Source: an uncultured Acidimicrobiales bacterium (GTDB lineage: Bacteria > Actinomycetota > Acidimicrobiia > Acidimicrobiales > CAVXTF01). From it: 64,000 nt of DNA. Of this stretch, positions 1-8,351 are shown in pieces. The stretch spans positions 325,146 to 389,145 of the forward strand of contig CAWDEI010000006.1 of assembly GCA_963801315.1 (NCBI GenBank), given 5' to 3'. Position 1 is the first letter of the stretch. The number at the start of each line of letters is the position of its first letter. The notes under the pieces are model-generated. The model ran no database searches. It saw nothing but the letters and a program-made list of their open reading frames with translations, and was not told the DNA's origin. A program made the position numbers and the translations under genes.

Positions 1-78
1 TGGAAGGTTGGAGGATCGCACGGCGCGAGCTGCGGATCGAGATCGTCGAGGAATCTCCGCTGGGCACGCCCTGAAGCT

Positions 79-978
79 TCAGCTCCCCGCCTGCTCGAGC
101 CCGACGCGCTCGGCGAGCGCGGACATCTCGTCTTGCGCCTTGTGAAGATCACCCGTCACCGAAGCACAGACCAGGCGCGTGACTCCCGACGCCAATGCCT
201 TCTCAGCTGATTCCGCCGTCGTCACTGTGGCGCCGGTCGAGAGTGTGACCTCGATCGTCGCGGGATCGCGCCCGGCGGCGGCGGCCTCCTCGTGCAACAA
301 GGCGAGCGATCCGACGAATTCGTCCTCTCCGATTCCGAGTGGCTGCCATCCGTCTCCGCGAACAGCGGCCCGCTTTATCGATGCCTTCGAATGGCCTCCC
401 ACGTGGACGGGGACACCGGCCGGCTGGACCGGTTTCGGGTAGGAATTCGCTTTTTCGAACCTGAAGAACTCTCCGGAGAACGAAGCACCCTCGTCACCCG
501 AGTCGGCCCACAGGGCCCGGAGCACGTCGATCGATTCGTCGGTCCGCCTTCCGCGGCTCTTGAAGTTCGCGCCGCAGGCCTCGAGCTCTTCGCGCATCCA
601 ACCGATGCCCACACCCAGCCGGACCCGGCCTTGCGACAGCGCGTCGAGTGTCGCTACGCGCTTCGCGAGAGTCACCGGGTTGTGTGCCGGGAGGATCAGG
701 ACTCCGGTTGCCAGGCCGAGCCTTGTCGTGCAGCCTGCGAGAAAAGCCAGCATGTCGATTGGGTCGGGCACTGCGCAATGGTCGGAAAGTGGCATCCGCC
801 CCGTTCGCGCGTAGGGGTAACGGCTCGTGTAACCACTTATGACCAGTGGGTGTTCGGCCGCGACGATGGACTCGAACCCGAGCGACTCGACGTGGCCGGC
901 GAATGCACGCATCCAAGCCGGATCGGCGCAGACACCGGCTCCGACCGGAGGCATCACCCCGAAGCGCATTGACTTCAT
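79..978 (-). CDS. LLM-class (luciferase-like) F420-dependent oxidoreductase
   Basis: Part of ORF 79..1044. The ATG at 978 sits 7 nt downstream of GGGGAGGAA on the coding strand. Sequence is typical of luciferase-like TIM-barrel oxidoreductases (RVRLGVGIGW, GVPVHVGGHS). Family recalled from memory, not searched. Confidence 0.75.
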   Translation of the reverse strand: MKSMRFGVMPPVGAGVCADPAWMRAFAGHVESLGFESIVAAEHPLVISGYTSRYPYARTGRMPLSDHCAVPDPIDMLAFLAGCTTRLGLATGVLILPAHNPVTLAKRVATLDALSQGRVRLGVGIGWMREELEACGANFKSRGRRTDESIDVLRALWADSGDEGASFSGEFFRFEKANSYPKPVQPAGVPVHVGGHSKASIKRAAVRGDGWQPLGIGEDEFVGSLALLHEEAAAAGRDPATIEVTLSTGATVTTAESAEKALASGVTRLVCASVTGDLHKAQDEMSALAERVGLEQAGS

Positions 979-1109
979 CGTCTCGTTCCTCCCCGCTGGC
1001 CGGCCGCGCCTCTGCCGGATCGACTTGGCGCCATCGTCTCCCACCTTTGCACGGGCGATACCCGGAGTGTCGAGAGCGCCGGCGTCTTGGCCGACTTAGG
1101 CTCGCCGGG

Positions 1110-1847
1110 GTGGACTCGACGCCATCAGAGACGACTCTGCCGGAGCTCACGTTCGAGGAGCTGAGAGTGCTCGGCAGCCTCGTGGAGAAGGAGCTGACGA
1201 CCCCGGACCAGTACCCGCTCACCCTCAACGCGCTCGTGCTCGCGTGCAACCAGAAGTCCAATCGGGACCCCGTTTGCGACCTCGACGAATCCACGGTCTC
1301 CGCCGCCGTGACGAGCTCCAAGACCAAGGGACTCGTCCGATTCGTCCATCCTTCTCACGGGCGATCCGCACTGCGTTACGCGCACATGATGGGCGAGGCG
1401 CTCGACCTGAGCGAGCGCCAACTGGCGCTGCTCGCAGTCATGGTGCTCCGCGGGCCTCAGACGCCGGGGGAGTTGCGGGCCAGGACCGAACGGATGACGA
1501 CGTTCGACGACCTGCAGGACCTCGAAAGAGAGCTGGCCCGCATGAACGGGCTCGACCCGCCGATCGCCGAGCGTCTCACGCGTCGTCCCGGACAGAAGGA
1601 AGACAGGTTCGCCCACCTTCTCGGCGGGGACGAGCGTACCGACGTCGGGGGTGCGGGTGGGTTTCAGATCTCGCGTTCCTCTTTCGAATCCGGAGATGCG
1701 GCGAAGACCGAGGGGCCGGCTCCGGCGGGATCCGTCCACCCGGGCGCGCGTTCGAGCGATCTGGATCGCCAGCTCGAGGAATTGCGTGGGGAAATAGCTG
1801 CATTGAGAGCGGAGCTAGCCGATCTCCGGAGACAGCTCGGGGATTGA
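1110..1847 (+). CDS. DUF480 (YceH-like) family protein
   Basis: Frame of ORF 846..1847. Similarity to YceH/DUF480 begins at LPELTFEELRVLGSLVEKELTTPDQYPLTLNAL. An in-frame GTG at 1110 is the nearest start. The upstream part of the ORF is Arg-rich and antisense to the neighbouring gene. The C-terminus is a coiled-coil tail. Confidence 0.7.
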   Translation: MDSTPSETTLPELTFEELRVLGSLVEKELTTPDQYPLTLNALVLACNQKSNRDPVCDLDESTVSAAVTSSKTKGLVRFVHPSHGRSALRYAHMMGEALDLSERQLALLAVMVLRGPQTPGELRARTERMTTFDDLQDLERELARMNGLDPPIAERLTRRPGQKEDRFAHLLGGDERTDVGGAGGFQISRSSFESGDAAKTEGPAPAGSVHPGARSSDLDRQLEELRGEIAALRAELADLRRQLGD

Positions 1848-2438
1848 ATCGCGTTCGAGGACCATCAACGCCTCGGGATCCGGTTCTCCTGGAACGTCGA
1901 CCTGACGCACGAACAAGAAGCCGGCAGCTTCGAAGGTGCGTCGAGAACGAAGATTCTTGACGCTCGGTCCTGCCATGTATCTCTTCGCGTCCGGAAATGC
2001 CTTCCAGCCGATGTCGGCGACGAAGGTGCGTACGATCGCCTTTCCGAGCCCCATTCCGAGCAGGTCGGGCTCTCCGATGAACAGATCGATACCCGCTGCG
2101 TCAGTGACACCGACAGCCGTCTCGTAGTCGGGCGTGTCGGAGAGCCGATAGGTCTGCACGATGCCGATCGGACGATGAGCGAGAGTCGTGACGAACACCA
2201 GGGTCGGATCGATCCCGTCGACGCATGGGCCGAACTCCTTCTCCACTCCCGCGGCGTCGAGCGGCTCTCCCCACCAGAGCCGCACATGAGGCGACGACAA
2301 CCATCTCTCGACGTGGCCGAAATCCTCTCGGCCCAGACGCCGGAATCCCAGGTCGGCCGATGCTCCAGCGGAGGCCATCTCGATCACAGGACCATTCTCC
2401 CGTTCCAACGCGACGACCGTCCTCCGAAGCGACGACAA
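1815..2438 (-). CDS. GNAT-family N-acetyltransferase (aminoglycoside/siderophore acetyltransferase-like)
   Basis: ORF 1815..2438 carries the motifs HVRLWWGEP, IGIVQTY and IGEPDLLGMGLGKA, typical of Acetyltransf_8-type GNATs. The start could instead be the internal ATG at 2378. Confidence 0.7.
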   Translation of the reverse strand: MSSLRRTVVALERENGPVIEMASAGASADLGFRRLGREDFGHVERWLSSPHVRLWWGEPLDAAGVEKEFGPCVDGIDPTLVFVTTLAHRPIGIVQTYRLSDTPDYETAVGVTDAAGIDLFIGEPDLLGMGLGKAIVRTFVADIGWKAFPDAKRYMAGPSVKNLRSRRTFEAAGFLFVRQVDVPGEPDPEALMVLERDSIPELSPEIG

Positions 2439-2727
2439 GTAGCTTGTCGCCTTTGGGAATAGCCGTCATCGAGGGTTAGCTTCTGGTGACGAGCTTTGCC
2501 GGCGCGTAGGTGCGCGTCTGTCTCGCAAAAGTGTTTGCAGACGATCCTGAGCGCGCGATACCGTCGATGAGCAGAGGCGGGTAATCGGTGTGAACGGCGG
2601 ATCCCACCTCACGTGCAACTTGCCGCACATAAGCTGCGCGCTGAGCGAAGAACCCTGCTGGCTCCGAGCACGCGCACCGTTTCAGAATTGACGATTTGGT
2701 ACGGCGTCGCCGAGTTGGGAGGGCACC

Positions 2728-5190
2728 ATGGGCGAAAGCAAAACGCACAATCGCCGCGCGTTGTCCGCGCTGGTCACTTCCGGAACCACAGCCTTCGTGC
2801 TCCTTGTGTTCAGCGCATTGCCGGTAGGCGCTGCCGCGCCGAGCACCCAGAGGGTGAAGGCACAAGTGACCGCGAGCGCAGTCGCCGCGCTCCCGAGATC
2901 GGGCGGTCCGGCAACGGGCGCCCCACCCGCCGCACCGGGGCAGACCAGGGTTCGGCGCTTCCCGGCGATTCCCCGTAGCTTCGAGTACCCGCCTGCCAGA
3001 GCTACTGCCGGCACACCGAGCTCATCCGATCCCTGGGAGCTCCAGGGGACTGCGACGGTGCGGAACGGCAGGTTGTCGTCGGATTCGTGTAATGGCCCGT
3101 CTGCGTGCACCGCCGTCGGCTCGTACCAGAACAGCTCGGGCGCCACTGTGACGTTGGCCGAGGGTTGGAACGGGACAGCCTGGAGCATCCAGGCCACCCC
3201 CAACCCCGCCGGGGCCACCGCCAGCTATTTCGACGGGGTGTCGTGCAGCGCAGCCAACGCCTGCACCGCCGTCGGCTACTCCGAGAACAGCTCCGGCGAT
3301 GTGACCACCTTGGCCGAGGCGTGGAACGGCACGACCTGGAGCATCCAGACCACTCTCAACCCTTCCGGCAGCGACGACAGCATGCTCGACGCGGTGTCGT
3401 GCACCGGCGCGAGCGCGTGCACCGCTGTCGGTTCGTACTACAGCAGCCCCGGCAACGAGGTGACCTTGGCCGAAGCGTGGAACGGAAGCACCTGGAAGAT
3501 CCAGACCACCCCCAACCCTGCCGGCGAGGCCTACATCGAGCTCCAAGCGGTGTCGTGCACCGGAGCGAGCGCGTGCAGCGCTGTGGGCTCGTACTACAGC
3601 AGCCCGTCCGTCATTGTGACGGTGGCCGAGGCGTGGAACGGCACCGCGTGGAAGACCCAGAGCACCGTCAACCCTGCCGGCAGCGACGAAACTGTGCTCG
3701 AGGGGGTGTGGTGCGGCGGCTCGAGCGCGTGCACCGCTGTCGGTTTCTATGCGAACAGCTCCGGCGGCAGTGACACTTTGGTCGAGACGTGGAACGGGAG
3801 CACCTGGAGCATCCAGAGCAGCCCCAACACCGCCGACGACCAGAGCGTGCTCGAGGCTGTGTCGTGCAGCAGCGCCAACGCCTGCACCGCTGTCGGCTAC
3901 TACTACGAGGAATCCGGCACGCCCTATGTGACCTTGGCCGAGGCGTGGAACGGGACGGCCTGGAAGATCCAGGGCACCCCAAACCCGGCCGGCGCCGCGT
4001 CGATGGTCTCGCTCGGCGGGGTCTCATGCAGCGCCGACGACGCCTGTACCGCCGTCGGGTATTCCATCAAGAAGCTCACCGGCGCCAACCTGACCTTGAT
4101 CGAGGCGTGGAACGGGACGGCCTGGAAGATCCAAAAGACTCCCAAGTCCGCCGGGGCCACCGCCAGCGAGCTGAACGGGATGTCGTGCAGCGCCGCCGAC
4201 GCGTGCACCGCCGTTGGCGACTCCCCCGACAGCTCCGGCAGTGAAGAGACCTTGGTCGAGGCATGGAACGGCACCTCCTGGAAGATCCAAAAGACACCCA
4301 ACCCCACGAACACGTTCCTCGAAGGCGTGTCGTGCAGCGCCGCCGACGAGTGCACCGCGGTCGGCAACGAATACATCTCCGACCCCTTGGCCGAGGCGTG
4401 GAACGGAACCGCCTGGAAGATCCAGACCACCCCCAGCCCCGCCGGGGCCATCGAGAGTGAGCTCGACGCTGTCTCGTGCATCAGCGCGAGCGCGTGCACA
4501 GCCGTGGGCTTCTACGAGGACAGCTCCGGCACAGAGGTGACCTTGTCCGAGACATGGAACGGCACGGCCTGGAAGATCGAGACGACGCCCAACCCCGCCG
4601 GTGCTACAGGCAGCTCCCTGAACGCGGTGTCGTGCAGCGGTGCAAGCGCCTGCACCGCCGTCGGCAATTACGGGAACAGTTCCGGCGTCGGCGTGACGTT
4701 GGCCGAAGTGTGGAACGGCACGGCCTGGAGCATCCAGACGACCCCCAACGCCACCGGCGCGATAGGCAGCTCCCTGAACGCGGTGTCGTGCAGCGGTGCA
4801 AGCGCCTGTACCGCCGCCGGCGATTACGGAAGCAGCTCCGGCTACGAAGTGACCTTGGCCGAGGCGTGGAACGGCACGGCCTGGAAGATCGAGACCACCC
4901 CCAATCCCACGGGAGCCACAGGCAGCTACCTGTACGGGGAGTCGTGCAGCGGAGCTGGCGCCTGCACCGCCGTAGGCTGGTACTTCAACAGCTCCGACGT
5001 CGAGTTGACCTTGGCCGAAGCGTGGAACGGCACAGCATGGAGTATCCAGACGACCCCCAACCCGGCCGGTTCCACAGACAGCCAGCTCGATGGGGTGTCG
5101 TGCAGCGCCGCCAGCGCATGCGAAGCCGTCGGCTTCTATGACGACGTCTCCGGCATCGACTTGACGTTGGCCGAGGTCGAGAACGGCTGA
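2728..5190 (+). CDS. Secreted tandem-repeat protein: 13 full plus 1 split copy of a 52-aa Cys-containing repeat; putative beta-propeller; family unknown
   Basis: Intact 820-aa ORF. GGGAGG lies 6 nt upstream of the ATG. N-terminal hydrophobic signal sequence (TAFVLLVFSALPVGAAA), then a Pro/Ala-rich linker, then a regular 52-aa periodicity to the stop codon. Confidence 0.85.
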   Translation: MGESKTHNRRALSALVTSGTTAFVLLVFSALPVGAAAPSTQRVKAQVTASAVAALPRSGGPATGAPPAAPGQTRVRRFPAIPRSFEYPPARATAGTPSSSDPWELQGTATVRNGRLSSDSCNGPSACTAVGSYQNSSGATVTLAEGWNGTAWSIQATPNPAGATASYFDGVSCSAANACTAVGYSENSSGDVTTLAEAWNGTTWSIQTTLNPSGSDDSMLDAVSCTGASACTAVGSYYSSPGNEVTLAEAWNGSTWKIQTTPNPAGEAYIELQAVSCTGASACSAVGSYYSSPSVIVTVAEAWNGTAWKTQSTVNPAGSDETVLEGVWCGGSSACTAVGFYANSSGGSDTLVETWNGSTWSIQSSPNTADDQSVLEAVSCSSANACTAVGYYYEESGTPYVTLAEAWNGTAWKIQGTPNPAGAASMVSLGGVSCSADDACTAVGYSIKKLTGANLTLIEAWNGTAWKIQKTPKSAGATASELNGMSCSAADACTAVGDSPDSSGSEETLVEAWNGTSWKIQKTPNPTNTFLEGVSCSAADECTAVGNEYISDPLAEAWNGTAWKIQTTPSPAGAIESELDAVSCISASACTAVGFYEDSSGTEVTLSETWNGTAWKIETTPNPAGATGSSLNAVSCSGASACTAVGNYGNSSGVGVTLAEVWNGTAWSIQTTPNATGAIGSSLNAVSCSGASACTAAGDYGSSSGYEVTLAEAWNGTAWKIETTPNPTGATGSYLYGESCSGAGACTAVGWYFNSSDVELTLAEAWNGTAWSIQTTPNPAGSTDSQLDGVSCSAASACEAVGFYDDVSGIDLTLAEVENG
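3034..5187 (+). repeat. Intragenic 156-bp (52-codon) tandem repeat array, about 14 units
   Basis: Unit consensus is TLAEAWNGTAWxIQTTPNPAGxxxSxLxAVSCSxAxACTAVGxYxxSSGxxV. Unit lengths are 45-54 aa. Units 10 and 11 share an identical 45-nt stretch (4608-4652 and 4764-4808). Confidence 0.9.
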
Positions 5191-5213
5191 TCGCCCCGGA
5201 GCGAGAGCGGATT

Positions 5214-5396
5214 ATGGTCCGGGGAATGGTAAGCGCCGATAAGAGCTCAGGTTCTCGAGGTGCAGAAAAGGACAAGGCCGGCCCGCCCGGAAGCGAATCG
5301 GACGACACTCAGCTCGACGAGGTGGACGAGTGGGGCGAGGAGTCGTTCCCGGCAAGCGATCCTCCGGCTGCCTGGTCCGGACCTCTCGACACCTGA
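5214..5396 (+). CDS. Small acidic hypothetical protein (60 aa) with an EESFPASDPP motif
   Basis: ORF 5214..5396 lies in the gap between two convergent genes. The ...WGEESFPASDPP... motif resembles small conserved bacterial proteins I recall but cannot name. No clear Shine-Dalgarno. Confidence 0.35.
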   Translation: MVRGMVSADKSSGSRGAEKDKAGPPGSESDDTQLDEVDEWGEESFPASDPPAAWSGPLDT

Positions 5397-5417
5397 CCCG
5401 ATAACTCCCGCGGCCCC

Positions 5418-6695
5418 TCAACCGTCCTCGACGCCGTAGACCTCGTCGAACCAGCGGCGCGTGGAGGTTCGCGCCGTGGCGGAGCGCCCGGCGAATTCTG
5501 CGCACATCGCGACGGTGCGCCCGAACGAGGGGGTCGCTCCGCCCAAGAGCTCGTTCCAGTAGAGCCCCCAACCAGGAGCGAGAACGCTGCTGATCAGGGG
5601 CGCCGTGAGGATCCTGCCGGCGAGCGATATGGCGCGAGGCCGTGCCACCATCGCCTCCTGCAGAGCCGCAGTGATCCGGTGGTAGGGCAGGTGGTCACGG
5701 GCGAGTGCCGCCCTGTACGCGTCGGCCGGCTTGCCGGGATTCGCAAGAAGCGCGAGCCCTGCGGACCTGCCGCTCGAAAGCGCCTGGGCGATCCCTTCTC
5801 CCTGGAGGGGGTTCACGAGCCCTGCGGCGTCTCCCACGAGGAGCGCCCTGCCCCGACCGGGTGTCGTGCCCACCATTCCCATCTTCAGCCAGCCCCCGAG
5901 CACGCGCCGTGTAGTAGGCGGCCCTGTCTCGGCGATATCGCCGTGGAACAGGCCGAGTCCGGCTATGTGTTGGAGGAACGGCTCGAGCAGCTTGACGGCA
6001 TCGGCGCCCCTTCTCTCCGAGAGCGTCCCCACTCCGATGCCGGCATTGCAGCCGCCTTCAGGCGAGGGGAAGACCCACCCGTAACCGGGGACCGCCGACC
6101 AGGGGAACCGTTCCCACAGCACGATCGTGGGCAACGCGACGCCGACCTCGAGATAGGTGCGGACAGCGAAGCCCCATTGCACCTTCGACCGGTCGACGAG
6201 ACCGAAGTCGTCGGCCACCCGGCTCGTCGCTCCGTCTGCGCCGATCACCGCGTCACAGTCGATCGTGGCGCCGTCCGCCATCTCGACGGTCGTGGGGCCG
6301 CCATCACTCTGCACGGAGACGACCTGGCCGTCGAGTGGCACGGCGCCGGCATCGAGCGCCGCCGCTCGGATCTCGGCATCGAGTTCGACGCGCTTCGATG
6401 CGAGTGCATACCCGGGATACGAGAGCCCCCCTGTGCATCTGAGCCGCACCGACCGCCGGGTCGGGCCGACTACGAGCATGTCGCCTACAGGCAGAGCACC
6501 TGGAACCCGGACCCCGAGCTCGTCGAGAAGAGCGACGGCACGCGGCCCGAGAAGGTCTCCGCAAGCTTTGTCTCTCGGGAAGTTGGCCTTGTCCACGACG
6601 GCGACGCGTGCACCGCCCGACGCGAGCGTGAGGGCGGCCACGCTGCCGGCGGGGCCTGCACCGACGACCACGACGTCGAATTTTCCTAGCCGCAA
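5418..6695 (-). CDS. Geranylgeranyl-reductase-family FAD-dependent oxidoreductase (MenJ-like)
   Basis: Frame of ORF 5418..6881. Rossmann motif FDVVVVGAGPAGS, then RDKACGDLL and the C-terminal GDAAGLVNPLQGEGI motif. A TTG at 6695 lies 7 nt downstream of AGGAGGAG, so I prefer it to the ORF-track start at 6881, whose extension crosses a tandem repeat. Confidence 0.8.
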   Translation of the reverse strand: MRLGKFDVVVVGAGPAGSVAALTLASGGARVAVVDKANFPRDKACGDLLGPRAVALLDELGVRVPGALPVGDMLVVGPTRRSVRLRCTGGLSYPGYALASKRVELDAEIRAAALDAGAVPLDGQVVSVQSDGGPTTVEMADGATIDCDAVIGADGATSRVADDFGLVDRSKVQWGFAVRTYLEVGVALPTIVLWERFPWSAVPGYGWVFPSPEGGCNAGIGVGTLSERRGADAVKLLEPFLQHIAGLGLFHGDIAETGPPTTRRVLGGWLKMGMVGTTPGRGRALLVGDAAGLVNPLQGEGIAQALSSGRSAGLALLANPGKPADAYRAALARDHLPYHRITAALQEAMVARPRAISLAGRILTAPLISSVLAPGWGLYWNELLGGATPSFGRTVAMCAEFAGRSATARTSTRRWFDEVYGVEDG

Positions 6696-6725
6696 CGCGG
6701 TACTCCTCCTAATGTCGACAAGATC

Positions 6726-6785
6726 CTCGCATCTACGCGGGCACGATCCACACAGGCACAGTCCACACGGGCAGGATCCACACGG
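6726..6785. repeat. 15-bp direct repeat x3 (plus one degenerate copy) in a divergent intergenic region
   Basis: gcacgatccacacag (6741-6755), gcacagtccacacgg (6756-6770) and gcaggatccacacgg (6771-6785), preceded by the degenerate copy ctcgcatctacgcgg. It lies between the reductase start (6695) and the methyltransferase start (6817). Confidence 0.85.
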
Positions 6786-6816
6786 GAGCCCTCGGGCCAA
6801 GAGCGCTTGGAGACTG

Positions 6817-7576
6817 ATGGAGTCGCAAACCACACCAGGGCGCTTCTCAGAGTGCACAGATGACCACACCGGGTTTACCAAGAAGCTCTTCTCGCCGTTG
6901 CCGCGGCGCTACGACCGGCTCGAGGCCGTGCTCTCGCTCGGTCAGAACGACCGCTGGCGACGCGAGATGGTCGAAAGAGTTGAAGCATGTCGACCGGGGA
7001 TCGTGCTCGACATCGCCACGGGTACTGCCGGTGTGGCTCTCGAGCTCAACTCGCGGGCCGGTTGTCGTGTGGTCGGGCTCGACCTCACCGAGGGGATGCT
7101 CCGGGAGGGCAGGCGCCGTGTATCGGCAGCAGGGAAGGCGGACCGAATCGGCCTGGTGCTCGGGAACGCCGACAGGCTTCCTTTCCCCGATGCGAGCTTC
7201 GACGCACTTTGCTTCACATATCTGCTCAGGTACGTGCCGGACCCAGGCGCGACCCTGAGAGAGCTCAGCGCGTGTCGTGAGACCGGGTGGCGTGGTTGCG
7301 AGCCTCGAGTTCATGCGCCCCCCGAGCCGCTTCTGGCACGCCTGGTGGGTTCTCTACACGCGCGTCGTGCTGCCGCTCGGCGGTCTCGTAACCGGCGGCA
7401 AGGCCTGGTTCGATGTCGGGCGATTCCTCGGCCCGAACATCTCCGATCACTACCGCCGCTACCCGCTCGAACAGATCGTCGCGATGTGGGAGAAGGCTGG
7501 TATCGACGACGTCGGAGTGCGTCTGATGAGCCTCGGCGGGGGTCTCGTCATGTGGGGTGCCAGAACCGGTGCCTGA
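6817..7576 (+). pseudogene. UbiE/MenG-type class I SAM-dependent methyltransferase, frame-disrupted (+1) near 7270
   Basis: The N-terminal part, in the frame of ORF 6157..7689 from the ATG at 6817, reads RRYDRLEAVLSLGQNDRWRR, VLDIATGTAG and DRLPFPDASFD. After ...TLRELS the homology continues in the frame of ORF 7277..7576 (RVVRPGGVVASLEF...). One extra nucleotide around 7268-7271 separates the two parts. Confidence 0.75.
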
Positions 7577-8309
7577 CGAAGGCCGCACTCTTCGGCCTGC
7601 CTACTACGCGGCGCGGACCGGAGGGTGGCGCGACTGGTGGACCCTGCTCCATCCTCCGTACACCGCCTGGCACCTCTCTTATGTCGTGATCGGCGCGTCG
7701 CTTGCACCGCGGGTGAACTCGACGCGGCTCATCGCCACCCTGGTTGCGTTCTTCGCTGCGGTGGGGCTGGCCGCCCATGCACTTGATGAATTGAAAGGCC
7801 GCCCACTTCGGACCTCGATACCCTCGCCCACGCTCGTGGCGGTGTCGATCGTCGGTCTCGTCATCGCAGTCGGCCTCGGCGTGGCGGGGGTGGCGAAGGT
7901 GGGGTGGGTCCTCGTGCCGTTCATCGTCGCAGGCCCGCTGCTCGTCGTCGCCTACAACGCCGAGATGTTCGGAGGCCTGGTTCACACCGATGCCGGTTTC
8001 GCCGCCGCATGGGGGGCCTTCCCGGTGCTCACCGCGTACGTCGCTCAAGCAGAGATGTTGGCTCTCGCCCCCGTGCTCGCGGCGGCGGGCGCATTCGCCC
8101 TGTCAGCTGCTCAGCGGTCTCTCAGCACTCCCGCTCGCATGGTCAGGCGGCGTGTCGCGAATGTCGAGGGAACCCTCGTGCTGACCGACGGGTCTTCGCG
8201 GCCAGTCGACGTGCAGACGTTGATACGGCCGCTCGAGCAGGCGCTCCGGGCGATGTCGTGGTCGATCGTGCTGCTTGCCGCCGCATTAGCGGTGGCACGA
8301 CTCGGGTGA
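7557..8309 (+). CDS. Polytopic integral membrane protein, function unknown
   Basis: ORF 7557..8309 has about 6-7 hydrophobic segments and overlaps the end of the methyltransferase gene by 20 nt. I recognise no named family. Confidence 0.6.
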   Translation: MPEPVPDEGRTLRPAYYAARTGGWRDWWTLLHPPYTAWHLSYVVIGASLAPRVNSTRLIATLVAFFAAVGLAAHALDELKGRPLRTSIPSPTLVAVSIVGLVIAVGLGVAGVAKVGWVLVPFIVAGPLLVVAYNAEMFGGLVHTDAGFAAAWGAFPVLTAYVAQAEMLALAPVLAAAGAFALSAAQRSLSTPARMVRRRVANVEGTLVLTDGSSRPVDVQTLIRPLEQALRAMSWSIVLLAAALAVARLG

Positions 8310-8351
8310 GAGCCTTGATCGGATCGACGCGATCCCTTTGAGGAGGGTGCA

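Noticed and set aside
2476-2865. 129-aa minus-strand ORF in the 290-nt gap upstream of the repeat-protein gene, whose C-terminal part (VHTDYPPLLIDGIARSG...) looks vaguely protein-like
   Set aside because: It overlaps the start of the 820-aa gene. It has no recognisable family, no SD and an Arg/Cys-rich N-terminus. It could be a gene remnant, but I cannot support it.
3022-5141. Multiple 60-220-aa ORFs on both strands inside the repeat-protein gene (for example 3022..3546, 3105..3773, 3924..4499, 4476..5141)
   Set aside because: They are periodic Arg/Gly/Pro-rich shadows of the 156-bp repeat in alternative frames. The 820-aa frame has the signal peptide, an SD-like sequence and a coherent repeat consensus.
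3151-5187. Two N-x-S/T sequons per repeat unit (WNGT and NSSG) as evidence for N-glycosylation
   Set aside because: The bacterial PglB-type sequon needs D/E at position -2, whereas here E is at -3. No oligosaccharyltransferase or HMW1C-like gene is in the window. The conserved N-G-T is more simply a structural turn motif.
6157-7689. 510-aa ORF in the supplied track
   Set aside because: Its first ~220 codons are the antisense of the geranylgeranyl-reductase-family gene and are Ser/Pro/Arg/Thr-rich with no homology. Only the part from the ATG at 6817 looks like a real UbiE/MenG-type gene. After about 7270 the true protein continues in another frame.
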